Below, piece after piece: positions 21,795 through 32,697 of a stretch of DNA of 64,000 bases. Source of the DNA: an uncultured delta proteobacterium (GTDB lineage Bacteria; Myxococcota_A; Polyangia; Fen-1088). The stretch spans positions 96,001 through 160,000 of the forward strand of contig CAWCMR010000010.1 of the NCBI GenBank assembly GCA_963796685.1. The letters are read 5' to 3'. Within the stretch, counting starts at the first letter, position 1. Each line of letters begins with the position of its first letter. A model generated the notes under the pieces. The model ran no database searches and was not told the DNA's origin. It worked only from the letters and a program-made list of their open reading frames with translations. The translations under genes and the position numbers were made by a program.

Positions 21795-22223
21795 TCAGAG
21801 ATCGAGCAGCTCTTCCCGCGAAAGCACACGCAGGCCCTGCCCAACCAGCCGGGCCCTTGCGCGCTCGAGGTCGTGGGTCTCGACGATGACGACGGCGCGC
21901 TGGTTGGCCACGAAGCCGCTGGTGTTGTCGAGGTTGATGTTGTCCTTGGCCAGGCACTCGGCCACCGCCTGCAAAGCGCCGGGCCGATCCGCGACCTCGA
22001 CCGGAAGGACGTCGAGGAAGCTCGCCGTCACGCCGTCATGCTTGAGTACGTCGTGGGCGCGGTCGGGATCGGTCACCAGGAACTTCATGACCCCGAACGG
22101 ACCGCTGTTGGCGATGGTCACCCAGCGGATGTTGATGCGGGCCTCGGCCAGCAGCCTCGTGATGCGCGCGGTCTGGCCGGGCTTGTTCTCGACGAAAACG
22201 GCAAGCAATCGAACGGTGCTCAT
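21795..22223 (-). CDS. Tandem ACT domain protein
   Basis: LAVFVENKPG...INIR...EVADRPGAL; typical partner of PaaK-like ligases. Confidence 0.88.
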   Translation of the reverse strand: MSTVRLLAVFVENKPGQTARITRLLAEARINIRWVTIANSGPFGVMKFLVTDPDRAHDVLKHDGVTASFLDVLPVEVADRPGALQAVAECLAKDNINLDNTSGFVANQRAVVIVETHDLERARARLVGQGLRVLSREELLDL

Positions 22224-22238
22224 GGCGGTCCTCGGGGT

Positions 22239-23567
22239 TTAGAGCTTTCGGTTGTCGATCACGCGCTTGGCCTTGCCCTCGCTGATGGGCAGGGTTCCGG
22301 GCGGCACGAGGTCGACTTTGGGTTTGGTCAGGATTTCCGCGCGCAAGAGGCCGGCGATCTCGTTCTGCAAGGCCACCACGTGTTCCAGTTGCCCGTCGAA
22401 GCCGGTTTCGGACAGCTCGACCTTGACGGTCATTTCGTCCAGGCCTTCGAGCACGATGAGGTAATTGCGCCCGAGCTTGGGCACGCCCATGAGGATGCGT
22501 TCGATCTGTTGCGGGTAGATGTTCACCCCGCGCACGATGAGCATGTCGTCGGCGCGGCCGGTGATGCGCTGGATGCGCCGGTGGGTGCGGCCGCAGGCGC
22601 AGGGCTCGTCGACGATGGCGGTGATGTCGCGCGTGCGGTAGCGCAGGATGGGCATGGCCTCGCGCACGAGGGTGGTCAGCACCAGCTCGCCGCGTGCGCC
22701 GGGCGGCAGGTTTTCGCCCGATTCCGGGTCGATGATCTCCATGATGTAGTGGTCTTCCCACAGGTGCATGCCGGCCTGGACCTGACACTCGAAGGCCACG
22801 CCGGGACCGTTCATTTCCGATAGCCCGTAGGAATTGAACACGCGCAGGCCGAGGCCGTCCTCGATCTTGCGCCGGGTTTCTTCTGTGTAGGGCTCGGCCC
22901 CCACGAAGGCGCGCTCGAGCGACAGATCCTTGCGCGGATCGATGCCCCGCTTTTCCAGAATGTCCGCGAAGTAGAGCGCGAAGCTGGGCGTGAGGTGAAT
23001 GCTGGTGGTGTGAAAATCTTGCATCAGGAGGAGCTGGCGCTCGCTGTTGCCCGGTCCCGCGGGGATCACCAGGCAGCCGATCTTTTCGGCGCCGTAGTGG
23101 GCCACCAGCGCGCCGGTAAAGAGGCCGTAGGTCATCATGTTCTGGAAGATGTCCCGTCGGGTCATGCCGGTGGCCACGAAGCTGCGCGCGATGAGCTCGG
23201 CGGCGTTGTCCACGTCCTGGCGGGAGAAGAAGAGGGCCTTGGGTTTTCCGGTGGTCCCGCTCGACGTGTGCAGGCGCAGGGTTTCGTCGAGCGGCACGGC
23301 CAACATGCCGGTGGGGTAGGAGTCGCGCAGATCCGCGCCCGTGGTGAAGGGCAAGCGGCGCAGATCGGCCAAGCTGCGAATGCTCTCCGACCCGATCTTC
23401 GCTTGCTCGAGCTTCCCGCGATAGAGCGGCACCTTCTCGCCAACGCGCGCGACGGTGCGTTTCAGACGTTCGAGCTGAAGCGCCTCCAGCGCCGGCCGCG
23501 CAAGGGTTTCTTGCTCGGGCTTCCAATAGACGCGGTCGGTGGTTGCGGCAGACCTCGAGGGGCACAT
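22239..23567 (-). CDS. paaK: Phenylacetate-CoA ligase family protein
   Basis: TSSGTTGKP, YGLFTG, GAEP, YGLSE, RYRTRD, GRADDMLIVRGVN. Confidence 0.85.
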   Translation of the reverse strand: MCPSRSAATTDRVYWKPEQETLARPALEALQLERLKRTVARVGEKVPLYRGKLEQAKIGSESIRSLADLRRLPFTTGADLRDSYPTGMLAVPLDETLRLHTSSGTTGKPKALFFSRQDVDNAAELIARSFVATGMTRRDIFQNMMTYGLFTGALVAHYGAEKIGCLVIPAGPGNSERQLLLMQDFHTTSIHLTPSFALYFADILEKRGIDPRKDLSLERAFVGAEPYTEETRRKIEDGLGLRVFNSYGLSEMNGPGVAFECQVQAGMHLWEDHYIMEIIDPESGENLPPGARGELVLTTLVREAMPILRYRTRDITAIVDEPCACGRTHRRIQRITGRADDMLIVRGVNIYPQQIERILMGVPKLGRNYLIVLEGLDEMTVKVELSETGFDGQLEHVVALQNEIAGLLRAEILTKPKVDLVPPGTLPISEGKAKRVIDNRKL

Positions 23568-23662
23568 GGCAACGCCATCTTGCCAGAAAATAGGGACGAC
23601 TGTGCTTGTTTACAAGCAGGCCTTGCTTTAGCGTAGCCGTACCTTTTTTCACGGAGAGTGCC

Positions 23663-24931
23663 ATGGCCCAAGAGATCCCCGGTTCCATCAAGAACAGAGG
23701 TTGGACGGTCACCTTGGTCGCGCTGTCGATCAACTTGGTTTTGGGCGTGCTCTACGCCTGGGGGGTGATGGCCAAGGCGCTGGTGGTGCAGTGGCACTGG
23801 AGCAAAGCCGATGCCGCTCTACCCTTCACGGTGGCGACCGGGGCCTTCGCCATCACGATGATCTTCGCCGGGCGGCTGCAAGACAAGGTCGGGCCGCGCC
23901 TCATCGCCGCGCTCGGCGGCATCGTGCTCGGGCTCGGCTTGGCCGCGTCGTCCTACGCGCAGTCGCCAGCGTTGATGCTGGTCACCTTCGGGATCGTCGG
24001 CGGCATCGGCATCGGCATCGGCTACTCTGCCACCACGCCACCCGCCATCAAGTGGTTCCCGCCCGGCAAGAAGGGGCTCATCACCGGCATCGTGGTCAGC
24101 GGCGTGGGACTGGCCGCGGTCTACATCTCGCCGCTCACGCAATTTCTGTTGAGGGCGGTCGGCATCCAGCAAAGCTTCATCTATCTCGGCGTTGGCGCCA
24201 TCGTCACCGTCGCGCTGCTCGCGCAGTTTCTACGCAACCCGCCTGTGGGCTATGTGCCCGCCGCGGTGCCTGCCTGCACCCCTGCGGCCAAGGCCGCCGC
24301 GGCCTCTCGCCCAAGCCTCGATTGGAACGAGATGCTGCGCACCTCGCAATTCTATCGTCTTTGGTTGATGTTCATTCTGGCGGCTTCCGCCGGGCTGATG
24401 ATCATCGCTCACGTGGCCATCATCGCCAAAGAGCAGGCGCGCTGGGAATGGGGTTTCGTGCCCGTGGTGCTGCTCGCCATCTTCAACAGCGCCGGGCGCG
24501 TGGCCAGCGGCATCGTGTCGGATCGCATCGGCCGCACCCAGACCATGGTCCTGGCCTTCGTCCTGCAAGCCGGCAACATGTTCGCGTTCTCGCACTACAC
24601 CAGCTCGGCGCTGCTGGTGTTCGGCTCGGCCTTCACCGGCCTTTGCTACGGCACCATCTTCACGCTCATGCCGGCGGCCACCGCCGACTTCTACGGGGTC
24701 AAGAACCTGGGCGTGAACTACGGCTTCGTCTTCACCGGGTTCGGCGTGGCCGGCGTGTTCGGGCCCTTGCTGGGCGGCAAGATCCGCGACATGACCGGGA
24801 CCTATTCGACGTCGTACACCCTCTCGGCCGTCATGCTCCTGGCAGGCGCGGCCTTGGCCTTCACCACGCGCGCGCCCGACTCGGCCCCGGTCAGCGCGCC
24901 CGCGGGCAGCCCCGAGCACGCGTCTTCCTAG
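23663..24931 (+). CDS. OFA-family MFS transporter
   Basis: AGRLQDKVGPR, KWFPPGKKGLITG, DFYGVKNLGVNYG; about 12 hydrophobic segments. Confidence 0.92.
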   Translation: MAQEIPGSIKNRGWTVTLVALSINLVLGVLYAWGVMAKALVVQWHWSKADAALPFTVATGAFAITMIFAGRLQDKVGPRLIAALGGIVLGLGLAASSYAQSPALMLVTFGIVGGIGIGIGYSATTPPAIKWFPPGKKGLITGIVVSGVGLAAVYISPLTQFLLRAVGIQQSFIYLGVGAIVTVALLAQFLRNPPVGYVPAAVPACTPAAKAAAASRPSLDWNEMLRTSQFYRLWLMFILAASAGLMIIAHVAIIAKEQARWEWGFVPVVLLAIFNSAGRVASGIVSDRIGRTQTMVLAFVLQAGNMFAFSHYTSSALLVFGSAFTGLCYGTIFTLMPAATADFYGVKNLGVNYGFVFTGFGVAGVFGPLLGGKIRDMTGTYSTSYTLSAVMLLAGAALAFTTRAPDSAPVSAPAGSPEHASS

Positions 24932-24977
24932 CCGGGAACTTCGGCCTAGCGTTCGTTCTTCCCCGGTCCAGGCAACC

Positions 24978-26282
24978 TTACGGGACGCTGATTTCCCGCA
25001 CGCTGCCCTTCTTGAAGACCAGTCCTTCGGTGCCGACGTTGTCGCTGCGGAAATAGACGGTGATGTTGGGCTTGCCGCTCTCCGAGCCGGCGCGCGTGGG
25101 CGCCTTGGTCAGAGCCATGGCCGGGTCGATGCCGGCCGCGCACGGCGTGGCGCCGAGGCCGAAGTCCTTGCCATAGTCGACGTGCTCGTTGAGCTTGCGC
25201 CAGGTGCCGCCGCCGGCACCGTCGGTCTCGTCGATCCACAACTCCTGCTTCACGCCACCGTCGGCCAGGTCGTAGACCGCGTGCTTGTAGCCGATCCACT
25301 GGTTGGTGGGCAGGGTGCCCGTGCTCCAGTAGGGCTTGTCCAAGATTGCGGTCGAGTCGGTGTGCTTGGTTTCCTTCTCGAAGTCGATGTGGCCGTCGCA
25401 GCGCATGCGCGCATTGATGCCGCGGGTGTCGCACAGGTCGACGGTTTCTTGGCCGGTGGTGCCGTGGTTGGTGCGGGCCAGGGCCGCCATGCCGGCATAG
25501 GCGGCCGAGCAGGTGAAGGCGGGCGACCGCATGAAGTACATGGTGATCTCGACGTCGCGCCACTGATCTTGCTTGGCCGGGTCGTGCACGTACATGCGCG
25601 GGACGCTGCCCGAGATCTTGAGCGTACCGGCTCCGTCCGTGGCGTAGGAGGCGTTGCCGTGGTCGGCGTCGAACCAGGGATCGTTCGGATCGATGCCGGT
25701 GAAGCTGCGCGCCGCGCCGTTGTCCCACGACGACAGCCACGTCTTGCCGCCGGCGAGCGAGGGGTAGAGCTGCGTGATGCCGAAGCAATCGGTGCCCGCC
25801 GCGGTGTCGCCGCCGGCGCCTGTCTTGCCACCTGTGCCGGTGCCACCGACGCCACCTGTGCCGGTGCCACCGACGCCACCTGTGCCTGCGCCACCGACGC
25901 CACCTGTGCCGGCGCCACCGACGCCACCTGTGCCTGCGCCACCGACGCCACCTGCGCCTGCGGTGCTCGTGGCGCCGCCGCTAGCGATGCCACCCTCTCC
26001 GCCCCTGCCACCACTGGCGCTCACGCCGCCCACACCGCCGGTGCCGGTTGCGTTCGAGCCGCCGTTTCCGCCACCGCCCGTGCCCCCTGTCGAACCTCCC
26101 GATCCCGTCCGCCCGCCCGTCGCGATGACTCCACCGGAGCCCGCTTCCTGGGTCGTGCCGCCAGCGCCGCCAGAGCCGGCCCTTCCGGTGCTGGATCCGC
26201 ATGAGCTGGCCGCGGCGAGATACCCAGCCGCGAGCGTTGCAGCGACCACGGTGCGCCATCGGGGACGGAGACGCCGCGACAT
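24978..26282 (-). CDS. Exported lipoprotein with Gly/Thr linker and putative carbohydrate-active beta domain
   Basis: AASSC lipobox-like site, GTGGVGG repeats, globular C-terminal domain. Confidence 0.65.
   Translation of the reverse strand: MSRRLRPRWRTVVAATLAAGYLAAASSCGSSTGRAGSGGAGGTTQEAGSGGVIATGGRTGSGGSTGGTGGGGNGGSNATGTGGVGGVSASGGRGGEGGIASGGATSTAGAGGVGGAGTGGVGGAGTGGVGGAGTGGVGGTGTGGVGGTGTGGKTGAGGDTAAGTDCFGITQLYPSLAGGKTWLSSWDNGAARSFTGIDPNDPWFDADHGNASYATDGAGTLKISGSVPRMYVHDPAKQDQWRDVEITMYFMRSPAFTCSAAYAGMAALARTNHGTTGQETVDLCDTRGINARMRCDGHIDFEKETKHTDSTAILDKPYWSTGTLPTNQWIGYKHAVYDLADGGVKQELWIDETDGAGGGTWRKLNEHVDYGKDFGLGATPCAAGIDPAMALTKAPTRAGSESGKPNITVYFRSDNVGTEGLVFKKGSVREISVP
25828..25955. repeat. 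Coding 24-bp tandem repeat (GTGGVGGA), about 5 copies
   Basis: CCACCTGTGCC..GCCACCGACG units. Confidence 0.85.
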
Positions 26283-26481
26283 CGTCCCATGGTACCGCGA
26301 ATCGCTCGCGAAACGGCGAGAGACGTCGCCAGAGTGTTCGTTTTTCCCCGCTCCAGGTGAAAAGTCGTCAAGAGCCGCCGGACGCGCCAGTGCGAAACGG
26401 CCGCGCGCAATGCCCGTGCGTGCCGAAGGCACCTGGCCTGCTTTCTGCACAGTGCGGATCCGTCTGTCACTGGAGACCGCA

Positions 26482-27532
26482 ATGGGCACCACCGAGCTTC
26501 CTCGTCTTGAAAGCGTCCGGCCGACTCGCTCGGCAGCCAGCCCGCTCGTCTTCCTTGCCCTGTTGGTCGCGACCTGTGTGCTGCGCTTTCCCGCCCTAGT
26601 CAGCCATCCGTTCAACATCGACGAGTCCTACTACTCGGCCGGAGCGGCCGAGCTGGTGGCGGGCGGGACCTTCTTCCGCGACGTGGTGGATCACAAGCCG
26701 CCGGGCATCTACCTCGTCTATGCGCTCATCTATCGCGTGGCCGGCGTCTTCAATGTGCGACGCGGTGCACGTGGTGCTGATCTTGGTCACGACCCTGACC
26801 GCGTACCTGGTGGGATTGGTTGGGCAAGCATTCTTCGCCGAGCGCACGGGGCGGTGGGCGGGCATGCTCTATGCGGTCGCCAGCGTGATTGGGCCGGCCA
26901 ACGATTTCCAGGCCGCCAATTCCGAGCTGTTCATGAGCTTGCCGCTGGTGGCCGCCCTCTGGTTGGCCGCCCGCCTCTGGGTGCGAGGACATGCGGCGCA
27001 CTGGGAGAGCTTTGCCCTGGGCTTGCTCGTCGGGATCGCCGTTCTCATCCGCCCGCAGGCGGCGCTCGCCCTGATCCCCATCGGGGTCGTGGTGGTCCGA
27101 CGCAAGGTGAACGTCCCGGCGGTGGCCGTCGCCTTCCTCGGTGCGATGCTGCCGCTGCTGGCGACCGTCGCTTGGCTGTGGCGCGCGGATGCCCTCGCGG
27201 ATGCGGCGACGAGCCTGGCCTACGCCCGCTACTACACGAACAGCTTGCCCTTCGAAGTGAAGCTGGCTAACGGGACGCTCAAGACGCTGTTCTTTCTGGC
27301 CATCAATGTGGGGTTGGTCCTTCCCGTGGCGGCATTTCTGGTTCGTGGTCGGCGTGGTGATGTCGTCTGGCGACGTGGGGCAGGCTGCTTGCTTGCGAGT
27401 TGGCTGCTTGCCAGCTTCATGGCCGTCGGCATGGGCGGGCGCTTCTATCCTCACTACTTCATCCAGGTCCTGCCGCCGCTGGCCATCATCGCCGCACGAC
27501 AGCTGACGCTCTGGCGTGGGGCAACGGCGTGA
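26482..27532 (+). CDS. ArnT/PMT-like (GT-C) membrane glycosyltransferase, frameshift near 26755
   Basis: [28 protein letters not shown]. Confidence 0.8.
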
Positions 27533-28053
27533 TGCGCAGCCAACTTCTGCTGGCGAAAGTCGCGATCCTTCTCGTCGCGCTCGGTGCCGTCACCTCGGTG
27601 GCGATTGCCTTGGCGGATCGCCAGGTCTGGCCACGTTCGGCTTGGCACGAAGAGCGCTATCGGGCCGTCGCCGCATACATGCGCGAGCGCACGCAACCGG
27701 ATGCGCGCGTGTTCGTGTGGGGCAATTCGCCTGAGATCTACCTCTTTGCGCGGCGCCGAATGGCGTCTCGATACATGTCGGTAAACTATCAAACTGGGCA
27801 CGTCTGGGGCACGAGCGCCAACGACCTCGGCGGCACTCCTGATCGCAAGAACGTACCCGCCGAGACCTGGGACAAGCTGATGGCCGACTTGCAACGCAAC
27901 CTGCCCGAATTCATCGCCGACGCTGCCGCCGGCAAGCTCGACAAGATGGACGACGAGCCGCTGACCCGCCATCCGCGGATGGCTGCATTCGTGGCCGCGC
28001 ACTACCGGCTCGCAGCCACCGTGCTGGGCGTTCCGCTCTACCGGCGGAGGTGA
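27532..28053 (+). CDS. C-terminal periplasmic part of the ArnT-like GT (separate ORF, TGATG overlap)
   Basis: VFVWGNSPEIYLFARRRMASRY. Confidence 0.65.
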   Translation: MRSQLLLAKVAILLVALGAVTSVAIALADRQVWPRSAWHEERYRAVAAYMRERTQPDARVFVWGNSPEIYLFARRRMASRYMSVNYQTGHVWGTSANDLGGTPDRKNVPAETWDKLMADLQRNLPEFIADAAAGKLDKMDDEPLTRHPRMAAFVAAHYRLAATVLGVPLYRRR

Positions 28054-28412
28054 AGGCGAGCTACGGCAACGGATCCCCCTGCAGGGCGGCACGTTTGCCC
28101 TCCTCAGTGCGGATTCCGCCGGTTGGCGTCCAACAGGGCCCGCCAGGCGTCACGTCGCGTTGTATTGCCTGCACCAGGGAGACTCACCGAGCGATGGTTA
28201 AGGAAATCGTCGTGGGATGCGGGTAGAGTACCCGCCAAAATGGAAATCCGAAGGAAAACGCGCGGTCGGCCAACCCGAGGCAACTCATGGCTGCTCGCGG
28301 CGTCTGGCCGGACGGGAAGGGGTAACACCTTTTTCGTTACGCGGTGTTGATCGCGAAAGCCAGTGGGTACATATAAGGGCGGGCAACGACCGACAACAGG
28401 AAGCAATCGGAG

Positions 28413-29543
28413 ATGAAGAAACCCCTACGTGGCGCCATCGTTGGATATGGGTTCATCATGGAGAAGGGCCATATCGCCGCCTACGGCGAGCGCGCAGAGC
28501 GGGCGCGGGTCGAGAGCCGGGTGCCCGATGTCGAGATCGTCGCCGTGGCCGATGTGTGCCGCGAGCGTCGCGACATGGCCGCCAAGCGCTTTCCCGGAAT
28601 TCGCACCTACTCCGACTTCCTCGAGCTGCTCGACGCCGAGGCCGGCAACCTGGACTTCGTCGACATCGCCACGCCTCCCGCCAAGCACGCGGCAGTGGCC
28701 CGCGCCGCGCTCGGACGTGGTTTGCACGTTCTGTGCGAAAAGCCCCTCGCCACCAGCATCGCCGATGCGCGCGACATGCTCGACAGCGCCTTGGCCGCCA
28801 AGCGCGTGCTCTATCCCTGTCACAACTACAAGCACGCTCCGGTGATTCGCAACGTGCGCCGGATCATCGAGTCGGGCGCCATCGGCCGGGTCCACCTCGT
28901 GACCTTGCAAACCTTCCGCAACACCCACGCCCGCGGCGTCGGCGAATGGCGTCCGGACTGGCGCCGCGAACGCCGTCACTCGGGTGGCGGCATCGCCATG
29001 GATCACGGCAGCCACACCTTCTATCTCGCCTTCGAGTGGATGCGCGCCTATCCCACGGCCATCTCGGCGCGCATGTCCAACATGAGCACCTTCGACACCG
29101 AGGACGACTTCTCGTGCAGTCTGAAGTTTCCCACCGGGGTGGCGTCGGCCCACCTGAGCTGGCAAGCCGGCGTGCGCAAGGTCCTCTACACCATCCACGG
29201 CGACCACGGCGCGATTCGGGTGGAGGACGATCACATCGAGGTGGCGCGCAACCGGGCGGGGCGCGTGGTCGGAGCGGCCAACGTGGACTGGCAGTTCGAG
29301 CGCCACGAGATCCCTTCGGACTGGATGGACTCCAGCCACGCCACCTGGTTCAACACCCTCTTCGACGGCTTCAAGAAGGCCATCGCGGAAGGACAATGGG
29401 TGGGCAAGGAGGCCGAGGAATCCTTCCTTTGCATCCAGCTCATCCAAACCGCCTATGCGTCGGCGCAGCAGGGATCGCGCGAGCTGCTCTTGCCCGAGCT
29501 GGTCTTGGACGAGCAAGTGGCGCTCGTCTCGTCGCGAGACTAG
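28413..29543 (+). CDS. Gfo/Idh/MocA family oxidoreductase
   Basis: AIVGYGFI, IATPP..H, HVLCEKPL, GGGIAMDHGSH. Confidence 0.92.
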   Translation: MKKPLRGAIVGYGFIMEKGHIAAYGERAERARVESRVPDVEIVAVADVCRERRDMAAKRFPGIRTYSDFLELLDAEAGNLDFVDIATPPAKHAAVARAALGRGLHVLCEKPLATSIADARDMLDSALAAKRVLYPCHNYKHAPVIRNVRRIIESGAIGRVHLVTLQTFRNTHARGVGEWRPDWRRERRHSGGGIAMDHGSHTFYLAFEWMRAYPTAISARMSNMSTFDTEDDFSCSLKFPTGVASAHLSWQAGVRKVLYTIHGDHGAIRVEDDHIEVARNRAGRVVGAANVDWQFERHEIPSDWMDSSHATWFNTLFDGFKKAIAEGQWVGKEAEESFLCIQLIQTAYASAQQGSRELLLPELVLDEQVALVSSRD

Positions 29544-29547
29544 CATC

Positions 29548-29973
29548 GTGCCTCGCGGCGCGTTTTCTTGGCTGGGCCAGTGGGTTCGCCACCATGTGGT
29601 GTCGCTGATCGCCACCGGGGTCGACTTCGCCACCATGATCGGGCTGGTCGAGCTGTTTCGCTTTTCGCCGGTCATGGGCACGGTCGCGGGTGCGGCGGCA
29701 GGCGGCGTCACCAGCTTCACGCTGGGAAGGCATTACACCTACCGTTCGCGAACCGATCCCGTTTCCGGTCAGGCCTTTCGCTACAGCCTGGTCTCGGGTG
29801 CGAGCCTGGGGCTCAACGCGCTCGGGGAGTACCTGATTCTCTCCCTGCTACCCACGCACTACGTCCTAGGACGAGCCTTGGTCGCCACCACCGTCAACAA
29901 CGCGTGGAACTACCCCATGCATCGTGGATATGTCTTCGTTCAGCGCAAGCCCGCCAAGGAGAACCCAGCGTGA
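29548..29973 (+). CDS. GtrA family membrane protein
   Basis: ATGVDF..., four hydrophobic segments, WNYPMHRGYVF. Confidence 0.82.
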   Translation: MPRGAFSWLGQWVRHHVVSLIATGVDFATMIGLVELFRFSPVMGTVAGAAAGGVTSFTLGRHYTYRSRTDPVSGQAFRYSLVSGASLGLNALGEYLILSLLPTHYVLGRALVATTVNNAWNYPMHRGYVFVQRKPAKENPA

Positions 29974-31346
29974 CCTCCACCGTCAATCCCTCGCAGCCCA
30001 AGAATCAAAGCGCGCAACTGGCCACGGCCATTCCCGGCCTGAAAAGTCTGGAGCTTCGCCGTCGTGAGGACGCGCACATGGCGCCCGGGCTGCAAGGCTA
30101 CGCCGTCATGGCCGGCATCGTGGTGCAAGAGGGCCGCGGCAGCACCGTGACGGACGTGGACGGGAACACCTTCCTGGACTTCATCGGTGGCATCGCCGTC
30201 AATGCCCTCGGCCATTCCCATCCCCGCTTCGTGGCCGCCGTGCAAGAACAGGTGGCCGCCGCCTCCGTCGGCTCCTTCACCTCGCCTGCCCGCGTGGAGC
30301 TCGTGGAACGCCTGGCACAGAAGCCACCGGCCCCCGGGATCCACCGGTTGCAACTGTACTCGGGCGGTACCGAAGCGGTCGAGAGTGCCCTGCGCCTGGC
30401 CAAATCGCACACAGGCAAATACGAGTTCATCGGCTTTTCAGGAGGCTTTCACGGCAAGACCATGGGCTCGCTCTCGCTCATGGGCTCCACCTTCAAGCAT
30501 CGCCTGGGACCGATGGTGCCGGGCGCGCACCAGGTTCCCTACGCCGATTGCTACCGCTGCCCTCTCGGCATCGCGTACCCGGCCTGCGGGCTGGCTTGCG
30601 CCGACCTCGCTCGCCAGCACGCCAAGACCGCGACCGCGGGGGCCGTGGCGGCGTTCATCATCGAGCCCATGCAGGGAACGGCCGGGAACATCATCCCCCC
30701 CAAGGAATTCCTGCCCGCCATCCGCGGCATCGCGGACGACATCGGCGCGCTCCTCATCGCCGACGAAATGATCACCGGCTTCGGCCGCACCGGGCGGCGC
30801 TGGGGCGTGGATCATTCCGGGGTGCGCCCCGATATCGTCACCATCGGCAAGGCCTTCGGCGGCGGCTTTCCGGTCTCCGGCGTGCTGACCACGGACGAGA
30901 TTTCCCAGGCCAAGCCGTGGAGCGTTCCCTCGGGGTCGTCGTCGAGCTACGGCGGTAACCCGCTGGCCTCGGCGGCCGCGGCGTCGGCGCTACGGATCAT
31001 CGACGAAGAACGACTCGAGGAGAATTCGAAGACGGTGGGCGCCATGATGTTGCGCGAGCTACAGGGCTTCGAAGAGCGCTTCCCCTTCGTGGGTTTCGTG
31101 CAGGGGGCCGGACTTTTTCTGCGCATCGAGCTGGTCAAGGATCGCAAGACCAAAGAGCCGCTTCCGCGCAAGGTCACCGAGCGCATCTTCATGGAGTGCG
31201 TGCGCCGCGGGCTTCTCACCATGAGCTACAGCGCCAGCTTCCGTCTGCAGCCCGCCCTGACCATCGATGAGGCCACGGCGAAGAACGGCCTGGCCATCCT
31301 GGGCGAGGTGTTCGAGACCGTCGAGCGCGAAAAGTGGTGGGTGTAA
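29970..31346 (+). CDS. Class III PLP-dependent aminotransferase
   Basis: DVDGNTFLDF, SGGTEAVE, FHGKT, IADEMITGFGRTG, TIGKAFGGG; GTGA overlap with GtrA. Confidence 0.92.
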   Translation: MTSTVNPSQPKNQSAQLATAIPGLKSLELRRREDAHMAPGLQGYAVMAGIVVQEGRGSTVTDVDGNTFLDFIGGIAVNALGHSHPRFVAAVQEQVAAASVGSFTSPARVELVERLAQKPPAPGIHRLQLYSGGTEAVESALRLAKSHTGKYEFIGFSGGFHGKTMGSLSLMGSTFKHRLGPMVPGAHQVPYADCYRCPLGIAYPACGLACADLARQHAKTATAGAVAAFIIEPMQGTAGNIIPPKEFLPAIRGIADDIGALLIADEMITGFGRTGRRWGVDHSGVRPDIVTIGKAFGGGFPVSGVLTTDEISQAKPWSVPSGSSSSYGGNPLASAAAASALRIIDEERLEENSKTVGAMMLRELQGFEERFPFVGFVQGAGLFLRIELVKDRKTKEPLPRKVTERIFMECVRRGLLTMSYSASFRLQPALTIDEATAKNGLAILGEVFETVEREKWWV

Positions 31347-31396
31347 ATAGCACGTGCTGCCTTGTCATCATGGCTACTTATGACTATCTTATGGTC

Positions 31397-31657
31397 ATGA
31401 AGTCCGTTGGCGTAGCTGACCTGAAGGGGCATCTGAGCGAGCACTTGCGGAGTGTCCGACGCGGTCATCCGTTGATGGTGATGGATCGTGACACGCCTAT
31501 CGCCCAGATCCTGCCGTATCGCGCCGATCCGGCCAGCCTACCCGTGCGCCAACCCAGGCCGGGCGCGGGCAAGCCAATGGATTTCCGTCTACCCGAGGCG
31601 ACGAAATTGCGCCGCGATGCCGTGACCCTGTTACTCGCTGACAGGAACGAGCGGTGA
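31397..31657 (+). CDS. Phd/YefM family antitoxin
   Basis: VGVADLKGHLSEHLRSVRRG..MDRDTPIAQI. Confidence 0.85.
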   Translation: MKSVGVADLKGHLSEHLRSVRRGHPLMVMDRDTPIAQILPYRADPASLPVRQPRPGAGKPMDFRLPEATKLRRDAVTLLLADRNER

Positions 31658-32070
31658 TCGCCTACGTGGATTCCTCGGTGCTGCTGCGCCTCGTGCTCGG
31701 GCAGCGAGGCGCTCTGGCCGAATGGTCGACGGTCGAGGAAGGCGTCACCAGCGCGCTCTCCCAAGTGGAATGCCTGCGAACGCTAGATCGTCTGCGCATC
31801 GTCGAGCACATCTCGGATGTGGATTTGTCCACCCGGCGTGAAGCGATCTTCGGGATTCTCGCGACCTTGTCGGTTGTTGATGTCGCGGGCTCGGTTCTCG
31901 ACCGAGCAGCGCAGCCCTTGCCCACAGCCTTGGGCACACTGGATGCGATTCACCTGGCCACCGCGCAGCTCTGGCGCGAACGAACCGGGACCACCCTTAC
32001 CATGGCCACGCACGACACCGCCCTGGCGACAGCGGCACGCTCCCTCGGCATGCCCGTCGTCGGCGACTAG
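31654..32070 (+). CDS. vapC: PIN-domain toxin
   Basis: YVDSSVL, TLDAIHLATA, THD. Confidence 0.88.
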   Translation: MIAYVDSSVLLRLVLGQRGALAEWSTVEEGVTSALSQVECLRTLDRLRIVEHISDVDLSTRREAIFGILATLSVVDVAGSVLDRAAQPLPTALGTLDAIHLATAQLWRERTGTTLTMATHDTALATAARSLGMPVVGD

Positions 32071-32125
32071 CGAGGTACCCGGGGCCATAGGGAGCGTAGT
32101 TGTTTTAAGCGCCTCTCTTTCCTAA

Positions 32126-32153
32126 ATGTCCGGTAAGAAGCATTACGTTAACT
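32126..32153 (+). other. dif-like (XerC/XerD-type) site
   Basis: ATGTCCGGTAA-GAAGCA-TTACGTTAACT: 11+6+11 layout, right arm close to TTATGTTAAAT. Confidence 0.6.
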
Positions 32154-32177
32154 ACAAAGACCCACACGTCAGCCTCC

Positions 32178-32280
32178 TCGATCTATCCCTGTACCCCGGT
32201 GGGAAAACAAGCCCATTTTTGCGGTGGTCGCCGCCATGGATATGGCCTATCCCGGGCCCTGCTTTCGGGGGCCCACTTCG
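32178..32280 (-). mobile_element. Downstream (ori-like) end of IS91/ISCR-like element A
   Basis: Reverse complement ends GGGTACAGGGATAGATCGA; homologous to 55760-55858. Confidence 0.6.
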
Positions 32281-32697
32281 TCACCACTCGGGGCTGGGCG
32301 GGTCAGCGTAGTCGACCTCGGCGAGGTCGGACGTGCCCGAAAGCTCCGCCTGTGGCGGGGGGCGCGCAGCGGTGCGGAGCGGGGCTTGGCTGGGGATTCC
32401 GAGGTGGTCCAGAATCTTGCGTATCGCTTCTGGCTTTGTGATCGCGGCCAGGATCTTCATGCGCCCATGGCACTTTGGGCATGTCAGCGCGTCTGTCATG
32501 AACACGCGTTTCAGAAGGAGGGCCCAAGGCAGTCGACTGACTCTTGGTATCTTGGTGATGTCGATGTCGCTGGATTCGCCGGTGCCCGCCTTGTCGGTGG
32601 CTACCGAATCGGCGCCCGCCGCATCTGGCGTGGACGGCGCTGGGGGTGTCGGCACCACCTTGGCGCGGTCCTTCGCCGCAGGACCGAAGATCCCGTG
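32281..32697 (-). pseudogene. IS91-like transposase A, C-terminal fragment
   Basis: HGIFGPAAKDRAKVVP...WALLLKRVF..DALTCPKC.GRMKILA...IRKILDHLG. Confidence 0.85.
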
